The position numbers were made by a program, and so were the translations under genes. Of a DNA stretch of 64,000 bases, positions 19,448-27,336 are shown piece after piece; position 1 is the stretch's first letter, and every line of letters begins with the position of its first letter. Location of the stretch: assembly GCA_027343225.1 (NCBI GenBank), contig DAHWMK010000005.1, positions 98,630 to 162,629 of the forward strand, written 5' to 3'. Source of the DNA: Thermoplasmatales archaeon. GTDB taxonomy: Archaea > Thermoplasmatota > Thermoplasmata > Thermoplasmatales > GCA-001856825. The notes beneath the pieces were generated by a model. It searched no databases, was not told where the DNA came from, and worked only from the letters and a program-made list of their open reading frames with translations.

Positions 19448-20677
19448 TTGACAACTAACTTGAGTTTTATCAGGGATTTCTCCGGTATCACAAAGGACTC
19501 TAAGTTGTTGATTGGGGGCAGTTTCCTTGGAAACCTTGCGCTAGGACTAATTTTTACCGACCTTTCCTATTTTCTTCACACTGTAAGAGGAATTTCCATT
19601 GTCTACGCGGGACTTGTATTCACTATCGAAGGGATAGCTGGCTCTATACTGGCGGTGCCTCTAGGCATAGTTTCTGATCGAAATGGCAGAAAAAAAATGA
19701 TAGTCTATGGCAACCTGATTCTTGGCATATCAGTAATACTGATCGCGTTCGCAACAAACATTATCCAACTTTATACTGCTGCCGTGCTGATAGGAATCAC
19801 TGATGCTGCGTTCACTGCATCTGGGGGTGCAATGCTCTCAGAAATAGCAACGGACGAAAAAAGGACAGCAACGTTTTCTCTCTATTCCTTGGCTTCTAAT
19901 GGAGCTTGGGCAGGTGGAGGTTTCATGCTGTATCTTGTCAACCCCCTTTCCAAAATTGGAATAAATGAACTCACATCCCATGTGCTACTGTATGTTTCAC
20001 TGGGAATAGCAACTATGATTGCGACTATAATGTTCGTCAAAATGAGGGAACCCCCAAGAAAGAACGTCGTGCCTACAAGAGAAATCATAACGTCCTGCAC
20101 TAGAAGTATCATTACCAAATACGTACTTTCCAACGTCGGCATAGCCATTGGCGCGGGGTTATTCGTACCCCTGATGAGTCAGTGGTTCAACTACAGATAT
20201 TCCATCCCGGATACGATTAGCGGACCAATTTTAGGACTTTCTGGATTGTTGCTAGCATTTTCTGCCTTGATTGCACCGGCACTCGGCAGGAGACTGGGGA
20301 TCATTAATGCGATGGTTATCACAATGCTCGCATCCACAGTATTCATGGTTCTGACACCGATTCCAGGAAATTACCAGACTTCAGCACTCTTCTACATAAT
20401 GAGGTCTCTTCTGATGAACGTTTCAGGTCCGCTCTCAAGTTCTCTGATAATGGGCATTATTCCTCAGGAAGAGAGAGGGATCGCTTCGGGAATATCCAGC
20501 ATCTTCTTCAGAATGCCGAATTCACTCAGTACTTATCCCGGTTCGTTGATGATGAAAGAGGGACGGCTAGCTCTACCATTTTATATTGCCGCAATACTGT
20601 ACATTGCGTCTATAATTTTATTCTTCGTGTGGTTCAGAAAGGTGAGACCGCCAGAAGAGGTAGCAAAGACCAGATAG
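19448..20677 (+). CDS. MFS transporter (12 TM)
   Basis: 409 aa, MFS loop motif GIVSDRNGRKKM between TM2 and TM3. TTG start per the track. Confidence 0.85.
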   Translation: MTTNLSFIRDFSGITKDSKLLIGGSFLGNLALGLIFTDLSYFLHTVRGISIVYAGLVFTIEGIAGSILAVPLGIVSDRNGRKKMIVYGNLILGISVILIAFATNIIQLYTAAVLIGITDAAFTASGGAMLSEIATDEKRTATFSLYSLASNGAWAGGGFMLYLVNPLSKIGINELTSHVLLYVSLGIATMIATIMFVKMREPPRKNVVPTREIITSCTRSIITKYVLSNVGIAIGAGLFVPLMSQWFNYRYSIPDTISGPILGLSGLLLAFSALIAPALGRRLGIINAMVITMLASTVFMVLTPIPGNYQTSALFYIMRSLLMNVSGPLSSSLIMGIIPQEERGIASGISSIFFRMPNSLSTYPGSLMMKEGRLALPFYIAAILYIASIILFFVWFRKVRPPEEVAKTR

Positions 20678-20759
20678 AGCTGAGGCAACGGAAATCAGAT
20701 GAAGGGCATGAATAAAGCCGGATCTAACTTATCGTGCAATAATTAGATAAGATTTTGAT

Positions 20760-20966
20760 CTATTTTCCCATTTTTCTCTTGTATTCCTCTCTATATTTTT
20801 TCCCTTCTCTAAGAATCCTGTTGTACTCTTCTTCTCCCCCAGGAACTTTATCTTCTTTTCTTTCTTGATCTATGTTTATTCTCCTCCTTCTTGCAAAGGG
20901 TAGCCAGTAAAAGAATATGAAGAGAATGATCAGAATTACAAGAAATACTGCAATATAAACGTTCAT
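20760..20966 (-). CDS. Small single-TM protein with a Lys/Arg/Glu-rich tail
   Basis: 68 aa: an N-terminal hydrophobic helix followed by a charged tail. ORF evidence only. Confidence 0.4.
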   Translation of the reverse strand: MNVYIAVFLVILIILFIFFYWLPFARRRRINIDQERKEDKVPGGEEEYNRILREGKKYREEYKRKMGK

Positions 20967-21031
20967 GCTACTTGAGAAAAATGGAAGTCGAAATCATAAG
21001 CTTTTCTTTTATGCTACCGACAGGATGCCAA

Positions 21032-21427
21032 TCATTCCCAGCGTTCTCTCATCTTTGAACCTATGAATAGGCATAGAACCTCCAAAAAGAAGTAAACAAA
21101 GAAATAGAAGAAACCTGGAGCGAGAAGGGACGATAAAAGTGAGTAAGCCTCGTATCCTTGGTAGAGGTAAGGGCTTATTATCAGAGAGATTAGTGACCTA
21201 AAAAGAACTAAATATGCTCCAGCAGAAACTATCGCAGCAACAAATATGTCCAACACATTGGTGAGCCTAGAACCGGCCGTTATAGAAACTGCGATCAGAA
21301 GAGCGATATTTGTGTAAATATATCCAACCGAATCTGGAAAGACTGCGTGGAAACCTGTGATGAGCATAGCAGGCTGAACTGCCAACGAAACCAGGATGAC
21401 ATCCCTTGCCCTAATCATCCATTCCAT
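21032..21427 (-). CDS. Polytopic membrane protein (131 aa)
   Basis: 4 hydrophobic segments. 13-nt overlap with the upstream ORF. Downstream of and co-oriented with the opp operon. Confidence 0.5.
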   Translation of the reverse strand: MEWMIRARDVILVSLAVQPAMLITGFHAVFPDSVGYIYTNIALLIAVSITAGSRLTNVLDIFVAAIVSAGAYLVLFRSLISLIISPYLYQGYEAYSLLSSLLAPGFFYFFVYFFLEVLCLFIGSKMRERWE

Positions 21428-21900
21428 TCAAAATGCACTCCAGAAAAATACTTGACGTATTGGTAATCCCCTACAAAGGGGTTGGGTTTCCAATTCCCTA
21501 CATAATAGTCTATTTGACAGAAATAACTAATCTCAGTCTTAAAAGAGATAGTTATGTTCAAGTATACCGTCTCCGAATTTCCAGGTAGAATGGTTTTTGG
21601 GATAATTTTTGAAAGGGTGTAATTGGTCGTAGAGGTCCTGTTGAATCCAGTATACACTATCATTTCAGGTCCTGAAAGGTAATTCAGGGGGAGACTGCCG
21701 TTGTTATAGATTACAATTTTGGAAAACAACGTGGTGCTACCGTTGTGGGTTTCATTGTATTCCATAACGACAGGAATTTCGTCAGAGCAAGTAGTTGAGG
21801 TTTTTCCAGTCTGAACGAGAATGTTAAGATAGAGCGATGCGAGTATGATGGAAATAATTGTGAAAATTACAAACGCAATTTTGAGATATCTTGCAAGCAT
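21415..21900 (-). CDS. Membrane-anchored extracellular beta-rich protein (161 aa)
   Basis: An N-terminal TM helix followed by an N-x-S/T-rich beta-type sequence. Lies 58 nt downstream of oppF. Confidence 0.5.
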   Translation of the reverse strand: MLARYLKIAFVIFTIISIILASLYLNILVQTGKTSTTCSDEIPVVMEYNETHNGSTTLFSKIVIYNNGSLPLNYLSGPEMIVYTGFNRTSTTNYTLSKIIPKTILPGNSETVYLNITISFKTEISYFCQIDYYVGNWKPNPFVGDYQYVKYFSGVHFEWNG

Positions 21901-21958
21901 AGTGAACTAAACCATCCCAGACCTAGGCTCTCGAGTCCTTAGCACCGTTATGTCTCCT

Positions 21959-22960
21959 CTATTTAGCGGCTATTTTTTCTGCGAAGAAACAGCTGACTTT
22001 ATGTCCTTTGGAAACCTCTCTTAGCTCTGGCTCCTTGGCATCGCAAATTCCCCTCTCAAAATATGGGCATCTGGAACCAAATCTACAACCTTCTGGAATG
22101 TTTACCGCGCTCGGTAGTTCTCCTTTAATCTCAACCTCCCCCCTCTTAACGTCCGGGTCAGGAATCGGTACAGCTTCAAGCAGAGCTTTGGTATACGGAT
22201 GCATAGGGTTTCTTATTACTTCTTCTGTCTCTCCCATCTCTACTATCTTGCCTAAATACATGACGATTATCCTATCGCTCATATAACGGGAAACGGCTAT
22301 GTCGTGGGTGACAAAAATCATGGGAACACCATACTTGTCCCGAAGATCCAGTAGAAGGTTCATGATTCCAGCCCTTATGGAAACATCCAACATCGATACG
22401 GGCTCGTCCGCAATTATCACCTTTGGTTGCGCCACGAGTGCCCTCGCTATTGCAACCCTCTGTCTCTGTCCCCCAGATAGTTCATGAGGAAATCTTTCCA
22501 GAAAGTCCTCCCCAGGTTTCAGTCCAGCTTCTTCTATCGCTTTTATAACCATCTCTCTCTTCTCTTCATATGTTTTCCCTATGTTATGCACATAGAGTGG
22601 CTCTGATACCGATTTGAAGATGGTAAGTCTTGGATTTAGTGACTCATAAGGATCTTGGAAAATCATCTGGATATCTTTTCTCATCCCCTTAAGTTCCTTT
22701 CCTTCTAGTGACGCAATGTCAACGTCGTTTAGAAGAATCTTGCCTTCGGTCGGGTCTTCCAACCTGACAATCAATCTAGCGGTTGTTGTTTTTCCGCATC
22801 CCGATTCTCCTGCAAGGCCTATTATTTCCCGCTGGTGCAGCTCAAAATCTATCCCATCTACTGCGTGGACATATAATGGCTCTGCAAAAGAAAGCCAGCT
22901 TTTTTGGAGTTGGAAATGCTTCTTGAGCCCAGTTACCTTTAGTACGACTTCTTCCTCCAT
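21959..22960 (-). CDS. oppF: Oligopeptide/dipeptide ABC transporter ATPase (OppF/DppF-type)
   Basis: Walker A GESGCGKTT, LSGGQRQR, Walker B IIADEP, and a C-terminal oligo_HPY-type extension with 4 Cys. The start abuts the oppD stop. Confidence 0.9.
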   Translation of the reverse strand: MEEEVVLKVTGLKKHFQLQKSWLSFAEPLYVHAVDGIDFELHQREIIGLAGESGCGKTTTARLIVRLEDPTEGKILLNDVDIASLEGKELKGMRKDIQMIFQDPYESLNPRLTIFKSVSEPLYVHNIGKTYEEKREMVIKAIEEAGLKPGEDFLERFPHELSGGQRQRVAIARALVAQPKVIIADEPVSMLDVSIRAGIMNLLLDLRDKYGVPMIFVTHDIAVSRYMSDRIIVMYLGKIVEMGETEEVIRNPMHPYTKALLEAVPIPDPDVKRGEVEIKGELPSAVNIPEGCRFGSRCPYFERGICDAKEPELREVSKGHKVSCFFAEKIAAK

Positions 22961-23962
22961 CTACTTCCCTCCAAATATTTCTTCGGTAAAGTGGCATGCA
23001 GCACTGTGGTTCGACGAGACCTCTCTAAGCACCGGCCTTTCGGTCGAGCATCGTTCCTTGGCAAATGGACACCTTGGCATAAACCTGCACCCCTTGGGTG
23101 GGTTTATCAGATCAGGAGGGGAACCAGGGATAGTTGAAAGACGCTTCTTTTCACCCCTTATCGAGGGAAATGCCCTAAGAAGAGCCATAGTGTATGGGTG
23201 TCTGGGTGCTTTGAAGATTTCTCTTGTCGGGGCGTTCTCTACGACCTCGCCTGCATACATTATCGCTATCCTCGTCGACAGTTGAGCGACTATACTTATA
23301 TCGTGAGAAATTATGATCATTGAACTGTTTGTGCTCTGTTGTAGCTTGACCAGTTCAGCCAGAATCTTGTCCTGAGTTATTACGTCTAAGGCAGTTGTTG
23401 GCTCGTCGGCAATGATTAGTTTTGGATTCAGTGCGATTGACATAGCAATCAAAGATCTCTGTCTCATCCCGCCACTGTATTCGTGTGGGAAGGAATCCAT
23501 TCTGTCCTTGGGGATACCAACAATATCGTACAGTGCCTTAATTCTCTCCTGTGTCTCTTCTCTTCCAATCTTTTCGTGAGTTTGAATGGCCTCCGCGATC
23601 TGTTCGCCAATCGTCATTACCGGATTGAAGGAATTCATGGCTGATTGAAAGATTATGGAAATCTCCTTCCATCTTATGTTCCTCAATCCCTCAGCGAACA
23701 TGTTGATTCTTCCATCTTTTTTGACCGCAATCGCAGTTAGATCCCTGTCCTCAAATTTGATTGTGCCATTCTTCAGGTGTGCATTGTTGGGTAGCAAAAA
23801 TGTTATAGAATACGCAAGCGTTGTTTTTCCGCATCCCGATTCTCCCACTAGTCCAAGTCTCTCTCCGTGTTCAAGATTTAGGTTCACGTTCTCGATTGCG
23901 TGGACCCATCCTTCCTGCAGCTTGTAATATATTGAAAGATTCTTTATTTCCAGTAGGGGCAT
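22961..23962 (-). CDS. oppD: Oligopeptide/dipeptide ABC transporter ATPase (OppD/DppD-type)
   Basis: Walker A GESGCGKTT, YSGGMRQR, Walker B IIADEP, and a C-terminal 4-Cys extension. Confidence 0.9.
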   Translation of the reverse strand: MPLLEIKNLSIYYKLQEGWVHAIENVNLNLEHGERLGLVGESGCGKTTLAYSITFLLPNNAHLKNGTIKFEDRDLTAIAVKKDGRINMFAEGLRNIRWKEISIIFQSAMNSFNPVMTIGEQIAEAIQTHEKIGREETQERIKALYDIVGIPKDRMDSFPHEYSGGMRQRSLIAMSIALNPKLIIADEPTTALDVITQDKILAELVKLQQSTNSSMIIISHDISIVAQLSTRIAIMYAGEVVENAPTREIFKAPRHPYTMALLRAFPSIRGEKKRLSTIPGSPPDLINPPKGCRFMPRCPFAKERCSTERPVLREVSSNHSAACHFTEEIFGGK

Positions 23963-23963
23963 C

Positions 23964-26216
23964 TTACCTCCTCCTTAGTCTAGGATTGACTATTTCATCA
24001 AACGCCCTTCCCACCAGATAGAAAGAGAGCGAAAGCAGTATTATGGCTATACCAGGAGGAAACAGCCACCAAGGAGCAAGTAGGGTGTATCCTGTAGTCT
24101 GGAGGAATTGCAGGAGCATTCCCCACGTGACCGCAGATGGATCTCCGAAACCAAGGAAGTCTAGGGTTGCTTCTGTTATTATTACACCTCCAACTCCAGT
24201 GCTCATGTAGAAGAATGTCAGAGGAAGGACGTTCGGCAGGATGTGGGCAGTCATTATCCTGCTGTTCGAAGCTCCAGTTGCTCTTGAAGCATCAACGTAT
24301 GGCCTTGTCTTTAGAGTGAGGGTCACTGCTCTCACAACCCTCGCGATGCCAGCCCAGCTGAAAACAACGATTGCTACTACCACGTACCAAATATTGGTGC
24401 CAAGTAGTGATACCAGCAGTATAACGAATATGAGAAACGGGAGGGAAAGAAAGACATCAACCAACCTCATAAGAAGGGCATCCATCGCCCTTCCGTAATA
24501 ACCGGAAAGGATTCCAATGAACACTCCTATTAATACCGCGCTGGCGGCAGCCGCTATACCAATTATCAGTTCCATTCTTGCTCCATAGACTATCCAGGAG
24601 AGTATGCTGTGCCCCTCATAGTCAGTCCCTAAGGGATACGAATAGTATTTTCCGGTGACCGGGTCTTTGTAAGTTCCGGGGGGAAGTGGTGAAACCTTGT
24701 AACCGACTGCGCTCTCATAGAAAATACTGTCATTTGCTGTAATAGTTATTACGTAATTTCCGGAAATAGTTGTAGATGCTCCTCCCAAAAGAATGTTGCC
24801 TATGTAAAGAGGATAATAATTGCTCCCAGAAGGCATGGGGAGTATTGGTGTACCTGAAGACTTTGCAGGCGCAATGATATTCATGTAGTACGCATAGTCT
24901 CCGGCCGGTATCATCAGAACGCCTGCAGACTCTATGAATTGTGCCTGACCGTGAATCTTCCCCGGGACACTGACAATATATCCGAGATCGGAGAATTCGG
25001 ACTGATCAGGGTTCCAAAATGTAACGTATGTGGTTCCTGATTTATAAAAGCTGATTGGCATTTCTATCTGTTTCGTAACATAGATCCCAGACCACAGAGA
25101 CTCCAAGGTAGAGCCCTGAATTGAGACGGGACCCGCATCTATGAGAGGTGTAAGCTTGACTTCTGACATCAGGGTGCCATTTCTTGCGCCGTACTCTAGA
25201 ATTTCCCCACCTGTAGTCGGGACAACTATCACATTCTTCCCTTGGTTGTAATCAACCGAGGCTGAAGAGTCCGGAAAGACTATACCACTACTCAGGATTG
25301 AATATGGGCTTCCGTCCTGCAGTTTCAAATCCTGGGACCATAGGACCTGTCCAGCACTCAGGTTGTAGTAGGACATTTCATTCGTCACATTTATTGCGAA
25401 ATCGTAGATTTTCTCCGAGGTCGGAATTACTATGCTTGGCGAATGATCTATGTACAGGTAGGGAAGCGGGTTGGAAATTACTGGATAGGTTGTATTGAAG
25501 TACAGCCCAAATCTATAGAAAGACAGATAATTTGTGAATACTGAAAAATTTCCTTCTTCGACGAACAGGAATGTATGATTCCCCCCTGAAACTGCAAATC
25601 CCATAGTAGGAACGTAGGGATCGTAAAGATATCTATCGAAAATTCCTGAAAAGTAAGTGATATTAAATCCAAGTGAGTACTTGTAATGGACAGAAAGATT
25701 GCCGTAGAGGAGATATACCGTGCTTTCTCCCAGTCCTATGTACGATATCCCAACCGACTTCTCATAAACAACGCTATAGAGAGCCTTAATCCCCTTAGGA
25801 ATGAGGTGATAACTGGAGCCTTTTATATCGAGTTTCAGTTGCGAATGATTCCCTCCTGTTATTCCTATTCCATAAGTCATGGATTGACCATTCTCATTGA
25901 AGACCATAATGCCGTCAGTGACGACGGAACTACCAACTCCACCACCGAGACTTGATACAATACTCAGCGGTTGCTCAATGGAAGAAATATTAACTGGGAT
26001 TGTACCCATATCTCCAGAAAACTGTATTGAATATGGGGCGGTCTGTTCGGGCGTATAAGGGCTTATTATTGGAGCGAATATTGCCATTATCAGAAATGCA
26101 ACAATAATAGCCAATCCGAACATTCCTGAAGGACTCCTTCTGAAAGCGCCCAGGATTTGCTTGGAAGATCTCCTGAATGACCCAAGAGTCTCTCTTGAAC
26201 TCAGCTTCTCAGCCAT
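23964..26216 (-). CDS. oppC: OppC/DppC-type ABC permease carrying a roughly 470-aa extracellular insertion after TM1
   Basis: 750 aa. The N-terminal OppC-type TM1 (aa about 32-55) and the last 224 aa (YPLGTDYEGHS... to the end, with an EAA-type loop) form a normal OppC. Residues about 57-526 are an extra beta-rich domain. Confidence 0.85.
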   Translation of the reverse strand: MAEKLSSRETLGSFRRSSKQILGAFRRSPSGMFGLAIIVAFLIMAIFAPIISPYTPEQTAPYSIQFSGDMGTIPVNISSIEQPLSIVSSLGGGVGSSVVTDGIMVFNENGQSMTYGIGITGGNHSQLKLDIKGSSYHLIPKGIKALYSVVYEKSVGISYIGLGESTVYLLYGNLSVHYKYSLGFNITYFSGIFDRYLYDPYVPTMGFAVSGGNHTFLFVEEGNFSVFTNYLSFYRFGLYFNTTYPVISNPLPYLYIDHSPSIVIPTSEKIYDFAINVTNEMSYYNLSAGQVLWSQDLKLQDGSPYSILSSGIVFPDSSASVDYNQGKNVIVVPTTGGEILEYGARNGTLMSEVKLTPLIDAGPVSIQGSTLESLWSGIYVTKQIEMPISFYKSGTTYVTFWNPDQSEFSDLGYIVSVPGKIHGQAQFIESAGVLMIPAGDYAYYMNIIAPAKSSGTPILPMPSGSNYYPLYIGNILLGGASTTISGNYVITITANDSIFYESAVGYKVSPLPPGTYKDPVTGKYYSYPLGTDYEGHSILSWIVYGARMELIIGIAAAASAVLIGVFIGILSGYYGRAMDALLMRLVDVFLSLPFLIFVILLVSLLGTNIWYVVVAIVVFSWAGIARVVRAVTLTLKTRPYVDASRATGASNSRIMTAHILPNVLPLTFFYMSTGVGGVIITEATLDFLGFGDPSAVTWGMLLQFLQTTGYTLLAPWWLFPPGIAIILLSLSFYLVGRAFDEIVNPRLRRR

Positions 26217-26224
26217 GTTCTCAC

Positions 26225-27190
26225 CTAGTACCTCACTCTTGGGTCAAGGAATCCGTAGAGTATATCTGCAAACAGGTTAAACAGCAGAACGAGGATGGCG
26301 ATGATGAATGTGAGAGCATATACAACTGGCATATCAAGCCTGTCGACCGAGCTAATGAATAAATAACCAATTCCTTGATACGAAAATATGGTCTCGGTGA
26401 CGACTGCGCCGCTGACTATTAATGGAAGAGATAGAATAAAACTGGTTATCAAAGGCAGAATTGCATTACGGGAAGCATGGGTGAAAAGGACGTCCCTTTC
26501 TTTCAACCCCTTTGCTGCTGCAAGGGTTATGTACTCTTCCCCGAGGACGTCGAGCATGCTGGTTCTCATGAGTAAGAGAGCCCCTGCTAGAGATATAAGA
26601 ACCAGAACTATCATCGGCAATAGCGCGTGATATTGTAGACTCAAAAATGTCTGGATTGATCCACTAACTCCAGGAGTGATGTAACCTCCCAGAGGAAAAA
26701 TAGGGAACATGAAAGCAAACACGTACAACAATACTATCCCTAACCAGAAGGTTGGAATGTTGTAAAAGACGAAAGAGAAATATATTGAAGAGTTGTCAAG
26801 GGCGCCTCCCCTTTTCCATCCAGCAAGTGTGCCGATAATGTAGCCAATGACGTATGATATCACGGTAGATTCCCCAAGCAGTAGTAGCGTCCTTGGGAGC
26901 GCCTGCCCTATGAGATTAATCACCGGTATGCCATAATAAAATGAGTTCCCATAATTGAAAGTTAGCATGTGGGAGAAGAAAATGATAAAGGCTTTTCCGA
27001 GAGGCAGTCCAATCCCCAGTTGATATTCGAGATAAGCTCTCTCCGCAGGAGTCATATGAGAAAACGCAAGGAGACCGACGAAATTACTTGGAAGCAAGCT
27101 TACCATTAAAAAAACGAATATTATAATAATGATATAGGTAACGACGATCTGAATTGCCCTCCCTGAAATATAACGAAGGACTCCCGCCAT
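26225..27190 (-). CDS. oppB: OppB/DppB-type ABC permease
   Basis: 321 aa, 6 TM, typical OppB N-terminus (RYISGRAIQIVVTYIII) and an EAA loop (AAAKGLKERDVLFTHASRNA). Confidence 0.9.
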   Translation of the reverse strand: MAGVLRYISGRAIQIVVTYIIIIIFVFLMVSLLPSNFVGLLAFSHMTPAERAYLEYQLGIGLPLGKAFIIFFSHMLTFNYGNSFYYGIPVINLIGQALPRTLLLLGESTVISYVIGYIIGTLAGWKRGGALDNSSIYFSFVFYNIPTFWLGIVLLYVFAFMFPIFPLGGYITPGVSGSIQTFLSLQYHALLPMIVLVLISLAGALLLMRTSMLDVLGEEYITLAAAKGLKERDVLFTHASRNAILPLITSFILSLPLIVSGAVVTETIFSYQGIGYLFISSVDRLDMPVVYALTFIIAILVLLFNLFADILYGFLDPRVRY

Positions 27191-27204
27191 CGAAATACCC
27201 TGTT

Positions 27205-27225
27205 GTTTGTATAATTAATGCGCAT
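27205..27225 (-). promoter_or_regulatory. Candidate internal promoter (TATA-like ATTAATTAT) for oppBCDF
   Basis: An AT-rich box 21-29 nt upstream of the oppB ATG, with the same spacing seen at other genes in this window. Inference only. Confidence 0.35.
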
Positions 27226-27299
27226 TTAACCTTTTCTACATTCATTACCCTTAATAAAAAATAAAACTTTAATCATGTAAAATAATTTTAAGTATTATT

Positions 27300-27336
27300 A
27301 AAATTAAAATAAAAATATATAAAAAAGAAAAGAGAG
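27300..27336 (-). terminator. Oligo-T-rich tract right after the binding-protein stop
   Basis: The reverse strand reads CTCTCTTTTCTTTTTTATATATTTTTATTTTAATT directly after the stop. Multiple T-runs are typical of archaeal termination or attenuation. Confidence 0.4.

Noticed and set aside
19280-19470. Possible second THI-box or other riboswitch upstream of the MFS transporter (GGGGCAG...CUGACGGGG...UCAGAGGGUCGAACCUUGA)
   Set aside because: Only scattered resemblance. There is no CUGAGA, no ACCC/GGGG pairing, no AUAAU-containing P5, and no AGGGA block in the right order on either strand.
22716-23285. 189-aa antisense ORF across the oppF/oppD junction. Other long antisense or out-of-frame ORFs include 12772..13155, 36564..36914, 45560..45991, 39209..39697, 6890..7279 and 7163..7501.
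   Set aside because: All lie entirely inside strongly supported genes. They have low-complexity Ser/Pro/Arg/Leu-rich translations typical of shadow frames and match no recognisable motifs.
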